From assembly GCA_035602785.1 (NCBI GenBank), contig DATNLQ010000138.1, positions 1 to 52,213 on the forward strand: a stretch of DNA of 52,213 bases, given 5' to 3'. The translations under genes were made by a program, and so were the position numbers. Below the pieces are notes generated by a model. The model did no database searches, was not told the origin of the DNA, and saw nothing but the letters and a program-made list of their open reading frames with translations. This document shows, one piece after another, positions 1 to 9,754 of this stretch. Origin of the DNA: Solirubrobacteraceae bacterium (GTDB lineage: Bacteria; Actinomycetota; Thermoleophilia; Solirubrobacterales; Solirubrobacteraceae). Every line of letters begins with the position of its first letter. The stretch's first letter is position 1.

Positions 1-120
1 GTGGTCAAGCTGCGTAACGCAGCGGTCGTCACCGGCTACAGCCCGACCGTGGTGCTGAAGGCCGGCCCAAGCAAGGCCAAGAGAGCGAAGAAGTCGCGGG
101 CGAAGCCGAAGAGAACCTAG
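1..120 (+). CDS. 3' end of a gene entering from the left; Lys/Arg-rich C-terminal tail
   Basis: Frame 1 is open from base 1 to TAG at 118-120 (...VVLKAGPSKAKRAKKSRAKPKRT*). It converges on cysNC with overlapping stops (CTAG 117-120). Confidence 0.55.
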   Translation: MVKLRNAAVVTGYSPTVVLKAGPSKAKRAKKSRAKPKRT

Positions 121-2156
121 CGGCCGAGCTCGGAGATCAGCCCGTGCTGGGCCAGCAGCCCCATCACGCGCTCGACCTCCTCCTCGACGGTTTCGCGCGA
201 GCTGCCCAGCACCAGGTCCGGCTCCGAAGGCGCCTCATACGGCGCACCCACGCCGGTCATCCCAGACAGCTCGCCCGACTGCGCGCGCGCATACAGCCCC
301 TTCGGGTCGCGCTGCTGACAGAGCTCCAGGGGGGCGTCCACGAAGATCTCCAAAAAGCGCAGCTCGTCTGCCTCGTGCAGCGCGGCGGCCGCCACGCGGT
401 CGGCCTCGTAAGGACTGACGAGACTCACCAGCGCAACCGTCCCCGACTCGGCCAGCAGCCGCGCCACGTGGGCGGTGCGCCGCACGTTCTCGCGCCGCGC
501 CACCTCGTCGAAGCCCAGATCGCCGTTGAGCCCGTGACGCAGGTTGTCGCCGTCGAGCAGGAAGGCCGGCTGGCCGGCCTCGATCAGGCGCTCCTCCACC
601 GCGGCCGCCACCGTTGACTTGCCCGCACCGGGCAGCCCCGTGAACCACAGCGTCGCCCCGCCATGCCCGAGCGAGCTCCAGCGCCGCTCGCGTGTCATCC
701 TCGTGCCCTGCCAGCGCACGTTGGGGCTGCGCTCGCTCTTGACCTCCTCGGGGGGGGCGGGCTCCTCGACCTCGGTGTCCAGGATCACGCCTGCTGCGAC
801 CGTTTCGTTGGTCGCCTCGTCGATCACGATCAGGCTGCCGGTGACGCGGTTGCGCCGGTAAGAGTCGAACACCAATGGAGAGCTGAGGCGCATATGCACG
901 CGCGCGAGGTCGTTGAGCTTGAGTGTGCCCACGTCCTCTTCGCGGCGCAGGCTCTCCACGTCGATGCGGTAGCGCACATCCACGCCACCGACCATCGCCG
1001 TGCGCGTGGTGTGCTTGACCAGATAGCGCCGGCGGGGGCTCAGCTCGTGCTCGGACATCCAGCACAGCAGACACTCGAAGCTGCTCGACACCGACGGCTG
1101 GTTCTGCGTGCGCACAATCGTGCTGCCGCGCCCCACGTCGATGTCGTCGGCCAGGCGCAGCGCCACCGACATCGGCGGGAAGGCCTCCTGCACCGGCCCC
1201 TCGAAGGTGTCGATGGCTGCGACCGTGGTGTGCTGTCCGCTGGGCAGCACCACCACCTCGTCGCCGGGTCGGATCACGCCGCCGGCCACCTGGCCGGCAT
1301 ACGCCCGATAGTCGGCCACGGCCGTCGCTGGCGGACGAATCACCCACTGCACCGGGAAACGCACGTCGATCAGGTTGCGGTCTGATGCGATGTGGACGTG
1401 CTCGAGGTGGTAGAGCAGTGGCGGGCCCTGATACCAGGGCATCGCCTCGGAACGGTCGACCACGTTGTCGCCCAGCAGCGCCGAGATCGGGATGAACGTC
1501 ACGTCGGGCATCTCCAGGCGCGCGGCGAAGCGGTCGAAGTCCTCCACGATCGCGTCAAAGACGCCCTCGTCGAAGTCGACGAGGTCCATCTTGTTCACGC
1601 ATACCACCATGTGCGGAATGCCCAGCAGCGAGCTGATGAACGCATGGCGCTTGGACTGGGAGATGACGCCCTTGCGGGCGTCGATCAGCACGATCGCCAG
1701 ATCGGCCGTCGAGGCGCCCGTGACCATGTTGCGCGTGTACTGCTCGTGCCCGGGCGTGTCGGCGATGATGAAGCGGCGCTGGGCGGTCGCGAAGTAGCGG
1801 TAGGCGACGTCGATCGTGATGCCCTGCTCGCGCTCGGCGCGCAGGCCGTCGGTCAGCAGCGAGAGGTCGAGGAAGTCGTGGCCCATGCGGGCGCTGGTCT
1901 GCTCGACATGCAGCAGTTGGTCGCTGAGAACCTGCTTGGAGTCGTACAGCAGCCGGCCGATCAGCGTGCTCTTGCCGTCGTCCACCGAGCCCGCCGTGGC
2001 GAAGCGCAGCAGGTCGGCCGGGCGCTCGGTCAGCCGCCGCAGCACGTCCTGTGCGTCGCCGTGCACGGCGACGGTGCCCGCGGGCGCCGCGAGCCAGCCG
2101 TTGCCATTGGCGTCCGCGCCAGATGTCGAATCGGATCCGCTCATCCCGTTCACCAA
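117..2156 (-). CDS. cysNC: Bifunctional sulfate adenylyltransferase subunit 1 / adenylyl-sulfate kinase
   Basis: GTPase motifs GSVDDGKS, EREQGITIDVAYR, DTPGH and NKMD. C-terminal APS kinase motifs GLPGAGKST, LDGDNLRHGL and RDPKGLY. Start may instead be GTG 2153 or ATG 2144. Confidence 0.97.
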   Translation of the reverse strand: MVNGMSGSDSTSGADANGNGWLAAPAGTVAVHGDAQDVLRRLTERPADLLRFATAGSVDDGKSTLIGRLLYDSKQVLSDQLLHVEQTSARMGHDFLDLSLLTDGLRAEREQGITIDVAYRYFATAQRRFIIADTPGHEQYTRNMVTGASTADLAIVLIDARKGVISQSKRHAFISSLLGIPHMVVCVNKMDLVDFDEGVFDAIVEDFDRFAARLEMPDVTFIPISALLGDNVVDRSEAMPWYQGPPLLYHLEHVHIASDRNLIDVRFPVQWVIRPPATAVADYRAYAGQVAGGVIRPGDEVVVLPSGQHTTVAAIDTFEGPVQEAFPPMSVALRLADDIDVGRGSTIVRTQNQPSVSSSFECLLCWMSEHELSPRRRYLVKHTTRTAMVGGVDVRYRIDVESLRREEDVGTLKLNDLARVHMRLSSPLVFDSYRRNRVTGSLIVIDEATNETVAAGVILDTEVEEPAPPEEVKSERSPNVRWQGTRMTRERRWSSLGHGGATLWFTGLPGAGKSTVAAAVEERLIEAGQPAFLLDGDNLRHGLNGDLGFDEVARRENVRRTAHVARLLAESGTVALVSLVSPYEADRVAAAALHEADELRFLEIFVDAPLELCQQRDPKGLYARAQSGELSGMTGVGAPYEAPSEPDLVLGSSRETVEEEVERVMGLLAQHGLISELGR

Positions 2157-2157
2157 C

Positions 2158-3111
2158 TTAGAAGTAGCCCTTGCGCTTGCGATCCTCCATCGCCGCCTCG
2201 GTCACGCGATCGTCCGCACGCGTCTGGCCGCGCTCGGTCACCTCCGTTGCCGCGATCTCGGCAACCACCTCGGCCAGGGTCGCCGCGTCTGACTCCACGG
2301 CGCCCGTGCAGCTCATGTCCCCCACCGTGCGGTAGCGCACGCGCGCGCCGAACGGCTGCTCGCCTTCGACCAGCTCCACGAACGGGCTGACGGCATAGAG
2401 CATTCCGTCGCGCGCGAACACCTCGCGCTCGTGGGCGAAGTAGATCGACGGCACCTCGAGTTCCTCCTCGGCGATGTACTGCCACACGTCGAGCTCGGTC
2501 CAGTTGGAGATCGGAAATACGCGTGCGTGCTCCCCCTTGCGGATGCGTCCATTGTAGAGGCTCCACACCTCCGGACGCTGTTTCTGTGGCTCCCACTGGC
2601 CGAACTCGTCGCGGAAGGACAGGATGCGCTCCTTGGCGCGCGCGCGCTCCTCGTCGCGCCTGGCCCCGCCGAAAGCCGCGTCGAACTCGTGCTCGGCGAT
2701 CGCATCCAGCAGCGTGACCGTCTGCAGGGCGTTGCGCGAAGCGTTGGGACCCGTCTCCTCCACCACGCGGCCGTCGCGGATCGAGTCCTCGACCGAGGCC
2801 ACGATCAGGCGCTCGCCGAGCTCGGCGACGCGGCGGTCGCGGTACTCGATCGCCTCGGGAAAGTTGTGGCCCGTGTCCACATGCATCAACGGGAACGGGA
2901 ACGGCGCCGGCCGGAAGGCCTTCTCGGCCAAGCGCAGCAGCACGATCGAGTCCTTGCCACCGCTGAACAGCAGAACCGGACGCTCGAATTCGGCGACCGT
3001 CTCGCGCATCACGTGCATCGCCTCGGCCTCTAGCGTGCGCAGGTGGGAAAGGTGGTAGGTAGCGGGCATCCGTGCGGTGGGGCTGAGCCTAGCCATTGCG
3101 CGATAAGGCAC
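2158..3111 (-). CDS. cysD: Sulfate adenylyltransferase subunit 2
   Basis: FSGGKDS, HVDTGHNF, GGARRDEERARAKER, RYRTVGD and MEDRKRKGYF end. Alternative starts are ATG 3096 or 3069. Confidence 0.97.
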   Translation of the reverse strand: MPYRAMARLSPTARMPATYHLSHLRTLEAEAMHVMRETVAEFERPVLLFSGGKDSIVLLRLAEKAFRPAPFPFPLMHVDTGHNFPEAIEYRDRRVAELGERLIVASVEDSIRDGRVVEETGPNASRNALQTVTLLDAIAEHEFDAAFGGARRDEERARAKERILSFRDEFGQWEPQKQRPEVWSLYNGRIRKGEHARVFPISNWTELDVWQYIAEEELEVPSIYFAHEREVFARDGMLYAVSPFVELVEGEQPFGARVRYRTVGDMSCTGAVESDAATLAEVVAEIAATEVTERGQTRADDRVTEAAMEDRKRKGYF

Positions 3112-3117
3112 TTGTGA

Positions 3118-3145
3118 ACTTTAGGGTGCGTCTGCGCTTTGTCAA
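3118..3145 (-). promoter_or_regulatory. Putative SigA-type promoter for cysD-cysNC
   Basis: TTGACA-N16-TAAAGT on the minus strand, 6 nt before GTG 3111 (leaderless geometry). Confidence 0.6.
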
Positions 3146-4332
3146 GCCTCGCCCGGGCAGCGGCGCTTAGCCCGGGCGACGGCGCGACGGTAGACGGCCA
3201 GCGTGTCGGCCACGTGGCGCGCCACCGTGAAGTCGCGCTCGACCCTGGCACGCCCCGCGCGGCCCATCTCGCGGCCGCGGTCTGGACGCTCGGCGATCTG
3301 GGCGATCGCGCGGGCCCAGGCTTGGGGCTCGCGCGGCGCCAGCAAATAGCCCTCGCGCCCGTCCTCGACGATCTCCGGCGGACCGCCCACGTCGGTTGCA
3401 AGCACCGGCACGCCGAGCGCCATAGCCTCGATCAGGGAGCGCCCGAACGGCTCCTCCCACGAGGGCAGCAAGAGGACGTCCAGCGCGCACATCAGCTCGG
3501 GCACGTCCTCGCGCTCTCCCAGCCATGACACGCGCTCCTGCAGGCCCGCGTCGGCCACGAGCGAGTGCAGGCGGGCCAGGTAGCGTCGGTTGTCAAAGCG
3601 CGTCGCGCGAGCGACGAACTTGGCTGAGCCGATCAGCAGCATGTGCGCGTCCAGACCCTTTGCGCAGGCCAGCGCCAGCGCTTCGATCGCCGTGTCCTGC
3701 CCCTTCCAGGGACTCAGCTGGCCGACCACGCCGAGCAGCAGGTCGTGCGCGCCCGCGTCGCCCAGGGCCGCGCGTGCGCGCTCGCGGTCGATGCGCGCCG
3801 GGTCGAAGCGCTCGAGGTCGACGGGGTTGTAGAGCACCTCCAGACGTGCGCCCGGGGCGACCGCGCGCACGGCCTCGGCCGTGTAGCGCGAATTCGCGAT
3901 GACCGTCGTGGCGCTGGCCGCGATCAGGCGCAGCGTGGCCGAGCTGACGGCGCCGGGGGGCAGACAGTCGCGCACGTGCACGACCTTCGCCGCACGCATC
4001 GGCCCGGCAAGGGCGAGCACGATGCCGGCGCGGATCGAGTTGGCGTGAATCACATCGGCGCGATGGCGGCGGGCGGCCAGGCGAATCTGGGCGCCCGCGA
4101 TGCTCAGCTCCGCCAGCGCCTTGGGCGTGTGCAGCGGGTGCAGCCTGAGGCTGCCGGCGGTTCCGGTGATAGCGGTCGTCGGCAAGCCGAGCTCCTGCAC
4201 GGCCTGTTCCAAGCGCCCGCGCGGGCTGGCGACGAGCGGGGAGACCTCGGGCGAAAGCCCCGCCAGCAGACTGAGCAGCGAGCGCTCGGCGCCGCTGACG
4301 ACCTCGGTGTGGTTGACGTAGAGGACGTTCAC
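3142..4332 (-). CDS. Glycosyltransferase family 4
   Basis: GTG start overlaps the upstream TGA. Motifs SGAERS, GQLSPWKG and EPFGRSLIEAM (EX7E). The upstream extension in the ORF track is spurious. Confidence 0.92.
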   Translation of the reverse strand: MNVLYVNHTEVVSGAERSLLSLLAGLSPEVSPLVASPRGRLEQAVQELGLPTTAITGTAGSLRLHPLHTPKALAELSIAGAQIRLAARRHRADVIHANSIRAGIVLALAGPMRAAKVVHVRDCLPPGAVSSATLRLIAASATTVIANSRYTAEAVRAVAPGARLEVLYNPVDLERFDPARIDRERARAALGDAGAHDLLLGVVGQLSPWKGQDTAIEALALACAKGLDAHMLLIGSAKFVARATRFDNRRYLARLHSLVADAGLQERVSWLGEREDVPELMCALDVLLLPSWEEPFGRSLIEAMALGVPVLATDVGGPPEIVEDGREGYLLAPREPQAWARAIAQIAERPDRGREMGRAGRARVERDFTVARHVADTLAVYRRAVARAKRRCPGEA

Positions 4333-5498
4333 CCGCGCGCGCTCCTGGCCCGGTCGGCCTGTTCGAGCAGCACCTCCTGCAGGCGCCCCACCACCAGCGG
4401 CCAGGCAAATTCTTGCGCCCGCTGGGCCCCCGCCCGACCCAGCCGCTGGGCGAGATCGAAGTCGAGCAGCAGCGTCGCGATCGCCTCGCCCACCGCGCGC
4501 GGGTCGGCGGGGTCGACCAGCAGCCCCGTCTGCCCGTCGAGCACCGCGTCGAGCGCACCCCCCACGTTGCCCGCCACCACCGGCTTGCCGTAGGCGGCCG
4601 CCTCGGTGTAGACGATCCCGAAGCCCTCGCCCGCCCGCGCGCCTGCGGGCAGGCGGCTGGGCATCGCCAACAGCCGCGCGCGCCGCAGCCACGTGTCGCG
4701 CTGGGCGTCTGACAGCGCGCCAAGAAAGCGAACCGAGCCCGCCACCCCCTGCGCACGGGCCAGCTCTTCGAGCTCCGCGCGCAGCGGCCCCTCGCCGATC
4801 ACCGCCCACTGCACATCGGGCACCCGCTCGCGTACCAGCGCAAGCGCGCGCATGAGCACGTCGTGGCCCTTGTAGCGATCCTCCAGCCGCGCGACCGTCA
4901 CGAACGTGGGCCGCTCCGCGGGCAGCGGTCGCGGATCCGCGGGCAGATCGACGCCGGGGGACACGCGGCGCATCTCGGCAACCGGGGCGCCGGTCGCGCG
5001 GATCAGACCTTCGGTGTAGGCGCCGACCGCCACCACCACGTCCGCCTGGGCGGCGGCGAACGCGGCGAGCCGTGCTTTGGCGGGGATCTCCTTGGCGTGG
5101 AAGTACTGCACGGTCCTGGCCCCCAGGGCCCGGCGGATGGCGGCCGCGGCGGGGCTGGCGACCAGGTGCAGGCTGAGGATCACGTCGGGACGAAAGCGCA
5201 GGGCGTCCATCATCGCGACGGCGTTGAGCGCCACGTTGCGCGCGCCGCGCAGGCGGGGGTCGCTGGGCGCGCGCCTGACCGCGACCGCCTCACCGCGGGA
5301 CAGCGCGCCCCGGTCAAATGCCCCGGCGCCCGCGCTCGCGAGTGCGACCACCCTCGTGTCCATTGCCGTGACGCCCGTTGCAACACGATGCGCGGTCGTC
5401 TGGATGCCGCCGTGGGCGGGCGGGTAATCGGGTGTGATCAGCAGCAGCCGGGGCCTGGCACCGGCAGCGGCTGCCCCGGCAGCGCGTGCGCTCAGCAT
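4329..5498 (-). CDS. Glycosyltransferase family 4 (PimB-like N-terminus)
   Basis: TPDYPPAHGGIQ, VARL..RYKG and EGFGIVYTEAA. Confidence 0.92.
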   Translation of the reverse strand: MLSARAAGAAAAGARPRLLLITPDYPPAHGGIQTTAHRVATGVTAMDTRVVALASAGAGAFDRGALSRGEAVAVRRAPSDPRLRGARNVALNAVAMMDALRFRPDVILSLHLVASPAAAAIRRALGARTVQYFHAKEIPAKARLAAFAAAQADVVVAVGAYTEGLIRATGAPVAEMRRVSPGVDLPADPRPLPAERPTFVTVARLEDRYKGHDVLMRALALVRERVPDVQWAVIGEGPLRAELEELARAQGVAGSVRFLGALSDAQRDTWLRRARLLAMPSRLPAGARAGEGFGIVYTEAAAYGKPVVAGNVGGALDAVLDGQTGLLVDPADPRAVGEAIATLLLDFDLAQRLGRAGAQRAQEFAWPLVVGRLQEVLLEQADRARSARG

Positions 5499-5512
5499 CG
5501 CCCGATCGCGCG

Positions 5513-6559
5513 TCAGGCGCCTGCGCCCTGCGAGCGCGCGACCCGAGAGCGCCTAGCGCGGACGGCGTTGCGCACGCCAGCGCGCAGGCGTGCGCCGTCC
5601 AGCAGCGACGCCAGCAGCAGCTCCCAGCCTCCCCGCAGGCGCCTGCCGTTGACCATGTCGGTGGCGCCGACCCGGTAGTAGTACATCCCCCACACGTTCT
5701 TCGCACGCGTGAAGCGCTCCCACGCGGGCGCGGAGGCCAGCTGGGCGGCGAACTCCTCCGGCCCGATCGGGTCGCGCCCGGCCACACGTCTGCGCTGATT
5801 CTCGGCCACGCGCCAGGCGCCCTGCTGTTTGTCCCAGAAGCTGTCCAGCTGCATCGAGCCTGCCCGCTTTCGATAGTAGACAAGCGGTTCGGGCAGGTTG
5901 ATCACCACACCCTGGTCGGCCATCCGGCAGAAGAAATCGAACTCGTCAGCCGCTCCATAATCGGTCGAATAGCCACCCACGGCGTCGAAGTCAGAGCGCG
6001 CAAACAGCACCGAGGAATGAATCACATAGAAGATGCCTCCGGTCTGTCTGACCGAGTCGTAGTCGGCCTCGCTGGTCGGACCCATGACCGCGGGCGAGAC
6101 GACCTTCTTGGCGTCGTTCATGTTGTGGCCGTGCGTGCCCAACAGCGCGATACGCCGGCTGCCGCTCCAGGCGCGCAGGAATTCCAGCTGACGCTCCAGC
6201 TTGGTGGGAGCCCACACGTCGTCGGAATCGCACTCGGCGATCCACTCGCCGCGCGCCGCCGCGATCCCCGCGTTGCGCGCGGCCACGACGCCCGAGTGAC
6301 CCGGGAGCCTCACGTAGTGAATCGCCACGCCGCCGGCCTGCCGGGCGGCGAAATCGTGCACGAACTGCTCGGTTGCGTCCTGCGAGCCGTCATCGGCCAC
6401 CACGATCTCGCCCGGGGGCAGCGTCTGCCCGACGATCGACGTCAGCGCGTCGCCGATTCGGCCCACGTCGTTGAACGTGGGCACGACGACCGAGATCGAC
6501 GCAGCGTCTGCGGGCACACTCGACGCGCGGCCGGCGGGCGGCTCAGGCGACGTCGTCAT
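5513..6559 (-). CDS. Glycosyltransferase family 2
   Basis: ISVVVPTFN, DDGSQD, AARNAGI and ECDSDD (DxD). Confidence 0.92.
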   Translation of the reverse strand: MTTSPEPPAGRASSVPADAASISVVVPTFNDVGRIGDALTSIVGQTLPPGEIVVADDGSQDATEQFVHDFAARQAGGVAIHYVRLPGHSGVVAARNAGIAAARGEWIAECDSDDVWAPTKLERQLEFLRAWSGSRRIALLGTHGHNMNDAKKVVSPAVMGPTSEADYDSVRQTGGIFYVIHSSVLFARSDFDAVGGYSTDYGAADEFDFFCRMADQGVVINLPEPLVYYRKRAGSMQLDSFWDKQQGAWRVAENQRRRVAGRDPIGPEEFAAQLASAPAWERFTRAKNVWGMYYYRVGATDMVNGRRLRGGWELLLASLLDGARLRAGVRNAVRARRSRVARSQGAGA

Positions 6560-7535
6560 AGCCCCACTCGGACACCAGGTCGCGGCCCAGGTACTCGCTG
6601 AGCGCGACCACCTCGCCCTTGAAGCGTTGGCGCAGCTCGCCCGTCAGCCGCGCGTCGGGCTCGCCGGGCGCGGTGAAGAAGATGCGATCGCGAATCGCCA
6701 CGGCCGAGCTGCGGCTGAACCCCGGCGGCGTGATCGCTTTCACCGATACCTGGACGGCACGCGCGAGCGGCCCGCGTCCGGAGGCCAGCGCGTGCACCAG
6801 CTGGTGCACGCGCTGTGCGCGCACCTGCACTGTGGGGTTGACCTGACGGGGGAGCACCGGAAGTTCCTCGGCGACGTCCAGGAAGCGCAGCACCCTGCGC
6901 ACGGTCGCCTCGTTGTCGCGCCTGAAATCGTCATAGATCAGCACCAGTACCTGCTCGGGCGCGAACACAGCGTGATAGCGGCGCAGCTGCTCGACGTAGC
7001 GCACATGGTCGGAGTAGAGCAGCACATTGGGGCGATGGGAGCGACGGGGCACCCGTTTGCCCCGTCGCCGTTCGTCCTCGAGCGCGAGCGCCTTGCGCAA
7101 ATCCTTCACCGTCTCCACGTGCGCCTGCACGAACTGCAGGTGCAGTGAGTGCAGGAAGCTGGCCGGCTCGCGCAGGATCGCGATGATGCGGGCCGCCGGC
7201 TGCAGCTGCGCGATCTCGCCCGCGGCGGTGTGCGAAGTCAAATAGGACGGCGAGGCCTCCCCGGCCAGCTGTCCCGGCGCGGCGGGCGCAAACAGCGACA
7301 GGTACTGCTCGAGCGTGTCCGGCACGGTGGACGTGGCCGGTATGTGAAAACGGTCGCGCAGGTCGCTCGCCAGATACCGCGGCTCCTTGACCTCCGGCAT
7401 GAAGATCTGCGGGTGACGCTTGAGCATGGTGTAAAGCGCGGTCGTCCCCGACTTCGCCTGACCGACGATGAAGAAATCAGGTACTCGCTGGGCCTGCTTG
7501 GCAGCGCCAGCGCTCGGCTCAGCCGATGTCGTCAT
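6543..7535 (-). CDS. PAPS-dependent sulfotransferase (paralog ST1)
   Basis: PDFFIVGQAKSGTT (5'-PSB loop), KEP, GEASPSY and ILREP..FL.S (3'-PB). Confidence 0.93.
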   Translation of the reverse strand: MTTSAEPSAGAAKQAQRVPDFFIVGQAKSGTTALYTMLKRHPQIFMPEVKEPRYLASDLRDRFHIPATSTVPDTLEQYLSLFAPAAPGQLAGEASPSYLTSHTAAGEIAQLQPAARIIAILREPASFLHSLHLQFVQAHVETVKDLRKALALEDERRRGKRVPRRSHRPNVLLYSDHVRYVEQLRRYHAVFAPEQVLVLIYDDFRRDNEATVRRVLRFLDVAEELPVLPRQVNPTVQVRAQRVHQLVHALASGRGPLARAVQVSVKAITPPGFSRSSAVAIRDRIFFTAPGEPDARLTGELRQRFKGEVVALSEYLGRDLVSEWGYDDVA

Positions 7536-8517
7536 AGCCCCAAAGCGCGACCATGTCGCGGTCCAGGTACTCGCTCAATGCGACCACCTCCGGCTTGAAG
7601 CGGCGACGCAACTCGAGCATCAACTCCCGATCGGGCGGATGCGGGTCGCCATAGACGATCCGATCCCTGATCGCCATGGCCGACTCGCGGCTGAGCCGTC
7701 GCGGCGCCAGCGTCTTGGCGGCCGCCTGCACCGCCCTGGGCACGGGCGTGTCGCCCGCGGCCAATGTGTGAACCATCGAGTACAGGCGCCGGGAGCGCAC
7801 GCGCACGGTTGGGTTGGCCTCTCTCACCGTTACGGGATGCTCGTCTTCCACTTCCAAGAAGCGCCACACCTTGCGCACGGTCGCCTCGTTGTCGGTCCGG
7901 AAATCATCGTAGATGAGAACCAGCACCTGGTCGGGCGCGAAGCGCTCGTGGTAGCGGCGCAGCTGATCGACATAGCGCACGTGGTCTGAGTAGAGCGTCC
8001 CGTCCGGCCAGTAGGGCCTGCTCGGCAGGCTTTTGCCCTGGCGTCTGTCGCTCTCCAGCGCGATCGCCCTGCGCAGATCCTTCTCGGGCTCGACGTAGAC
8101 CTGCACGAATTGCATGTGCAGCGAGCGCAAGAAGCTCGCCGGCTCGCGCAGGACGGCCACGATGCGTGCGGCCGGTTGCATTTCGGCGATGCGCCCGGCG
8201 GCCGTTGCGGACCACAGGTACAAAGATGACGCCTCGCCCGCGCGCTGCTCTGGGGTCGCGTCGGCGAACAGCGCCAGGTACTCCTCGATCGTGCCCGGAG
8301 TGCTGCCGGTCCCTTGCGGACGCAGCGCGGCCAGCGGGCGCATCTCGTCGGCGAGGAACCACGGCTCCTTGTTGTAGGGCAGGTAAAGCTGCGGGTGCTG
8401 CCTGAGCATGTCCCACAGCGCCGTCGTCCCACTCTTGCCGTGACCGACGACAAAAAAATCCGGGATCCTTCCCTTGTGCGGGCGAGCCGCGCCCTGCGGG
8501 CCTGCCTTGACCGTCAT
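7519..8517 (-). CDS. PAPS-dependent sulfotransferase (ST2)
   Basis: PDFFVVGHGKSGTT, KEPWF, GEASSLY and LREP. Start placed at ATG 8517, with TACACT 7 nt upstream. Confidence 0.93.
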   Translation of the reverse strand: MTVKAGPQGAARPHKGRIPDFFVVGHGKSGTTALWDMLRQHPQLYLPYNKEPWFLADEMRPLAALRPQGTGSTPGTIEEYLALFADATPEQRAGEASSLYLWSATAAGRIAEMQPAARIVAVLREPASFLRSLHMQFVQVYVEPEKDLRRAIALESDRRQGKSLPSRPYWPDGTLYSDHVRYVDQLRRYHERFAPDQVLVLIYDDFRTDNEATVRKVWRFLEVEDEHPVTVREANPTVRVRSRRLYSMVHTLAAGDTPVPRAVQAAAKTLAPRRLSRESAMAIRDRIVYGDPHPPDRELMLELRRRFKPEVVALSEYLDRDMVALWGYDDIG

Positions 8518-8640
8518 GTTCGAGAGTGTAACGGGACGCTCAAGCCGGTTCGAGCCCACGGCGGGCGCCATCGACTACATTTGGGCGTGTGATCGGCTTG
8601 CTCGCGTCGGGGGCCGGCGTCGCGCTCGACGTCGACCGCC

Positions 8641-9183
8641 GTGAACGCTCTTAGGTTGCTGCGGGCAGCGTTCGTCTGCCTGCTCGTGGCGATCGGGGCC
8701 GGCGCGCTCGCCGGCTGCGGGTCGAGCTCGTCGGGTTCGGGGTCGAGCTCGGCCAACGCTTCCAGCGAAGAAGCCGCCGAACGCAATGAAGAAGCGGCCA
8801 GCAAGCGAGAAGAAGCGGTCGAAATCGCAAAAGACCGCGAAGAGCTTGCAGAGATAGAAAGCAAGAAGCGCGAAGAAGCCGCAGAAGCGAATGCCAAGAA
8901 GAGAGAAAAGGCCGCGCTGACCGCTGCCAAAAAGCGCGAACAGGCCGCCAAGCGGCAGGCCAACAAGCGCGTGAAGGAAGTGGAAGCCAAGGCCAAGCAG
9001 CGAGAAAAGGCCGCAGAGTCCAAGGAAAAACAGCGCGAAGAAGCGGCGCGCACCAAGGCCAAGCAGCACAGCAAGCCAACCGCCAAGAAGACGCCCGCCG
9101 TCCAGGGCGCCGTCGAAACCACGCCCGCGCCGATCACCACCCCCGCGCCCACGCCGGCCAGCGGACCCGCGCCTGCGCCGTGA
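8641..9183 (+). CDS. Lipoprotein with Glu/Lys/Ala-rich helical rod and Pro/Thr/Ala tail
   Basis: Signal peptide with lipobox LAGC, Ser/Gly linker, then EEAA/KKRE repeats. Confidence 0.8.
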   Translation: MNALRLLRAAFVCLLVAIGAGALAGCGSSSSGSGSSSANASSEEAAERNEEAASKREEAVEIAKDREELAEIESKKREEAAEANAKKREKAALTAAKKREQAAKRQANKRVKEVEAKAKQREKAAESKEKQREEAARTKAKQHSKPTAKKTPAVQGAVETTPAPITTPAPTPASGPAPAP

Positions 9184-9227
9184 GGCGCGTAGAGCCCCGG
9201 GTTTGGCCCGTGTGCACGGACACTAGA

Positions 9228-9749
9228 ATGCCCAGCGTGCTTCGCTTTGCCTTGGGTCGTGGCGGCCGTGGGGTGCTGCCGCTGTGTCTGCTCGCCGTGT
9301 TCTGCGCAGCAGTCCTCGCCGGCTGCGGCGGCAGCGGGGGCACAGGAGGTTCGGGAGCTGGAGCGGGATCCGGCGAAGCCGCATCGACCTCGCCCGCGGG
9401 GCAAAGCAGCGAAGAAGCCGAAGAACAGCGCAAGGAACAGGCAGCCGCCGCGGCCGCCAAGAAGCGCAAGCTGGCCTTCGAAGCCGAACTGAAGAAACGA
9501 CGCGCCGAAGACACCAAGCGCGCTGAAGCCGAAGAAGCGCAAGAACGCGCCAAGAAGGCCAAGGCCAAGCACTCGAACAAGAAGACCGGCGGCACGTCCA
9601 AGCACGCGAGCAAACCCACCGCCAAAGGCAAGCACCAGGCCGCCAAAGGCGAATCCGAAGGCCCGTCCTCGGCTGAAAAGGCCAGCGAAGAAGCTGCACG
9701 CAAGCAGTTCGCCAAGGAAGAAGCCGCGGAAGCACACGCCGCCAAGTAG
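9228..9749 (+). CDS. Second lipoprotein with Glu/Lys/Ala-rich helical region (similar architecture)
   Basis: Lipobox VLAGC, Gly/Ser linker, E/K/A-rich segments. Start is ATG 9228 or GTG 9237. Confidence 0.8.
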   Translation: MPSVLRFALGRGGRGVLPLCLLAVFCAAVLAGCGGSGGTGGSGAGAGSGEAASTSPAGQSSEEAEEQRKEQAAAAAAKKRKLAFEAELKKRRAEDTKRAEAEEAQERAKKAKAKHSNKKTGGTSKHASKPTAKGKHQAAKGESEGPSSAEKASEEAARKQFAKEEAAEAHAAK

Positions 9750-9754
9750 GAAGG

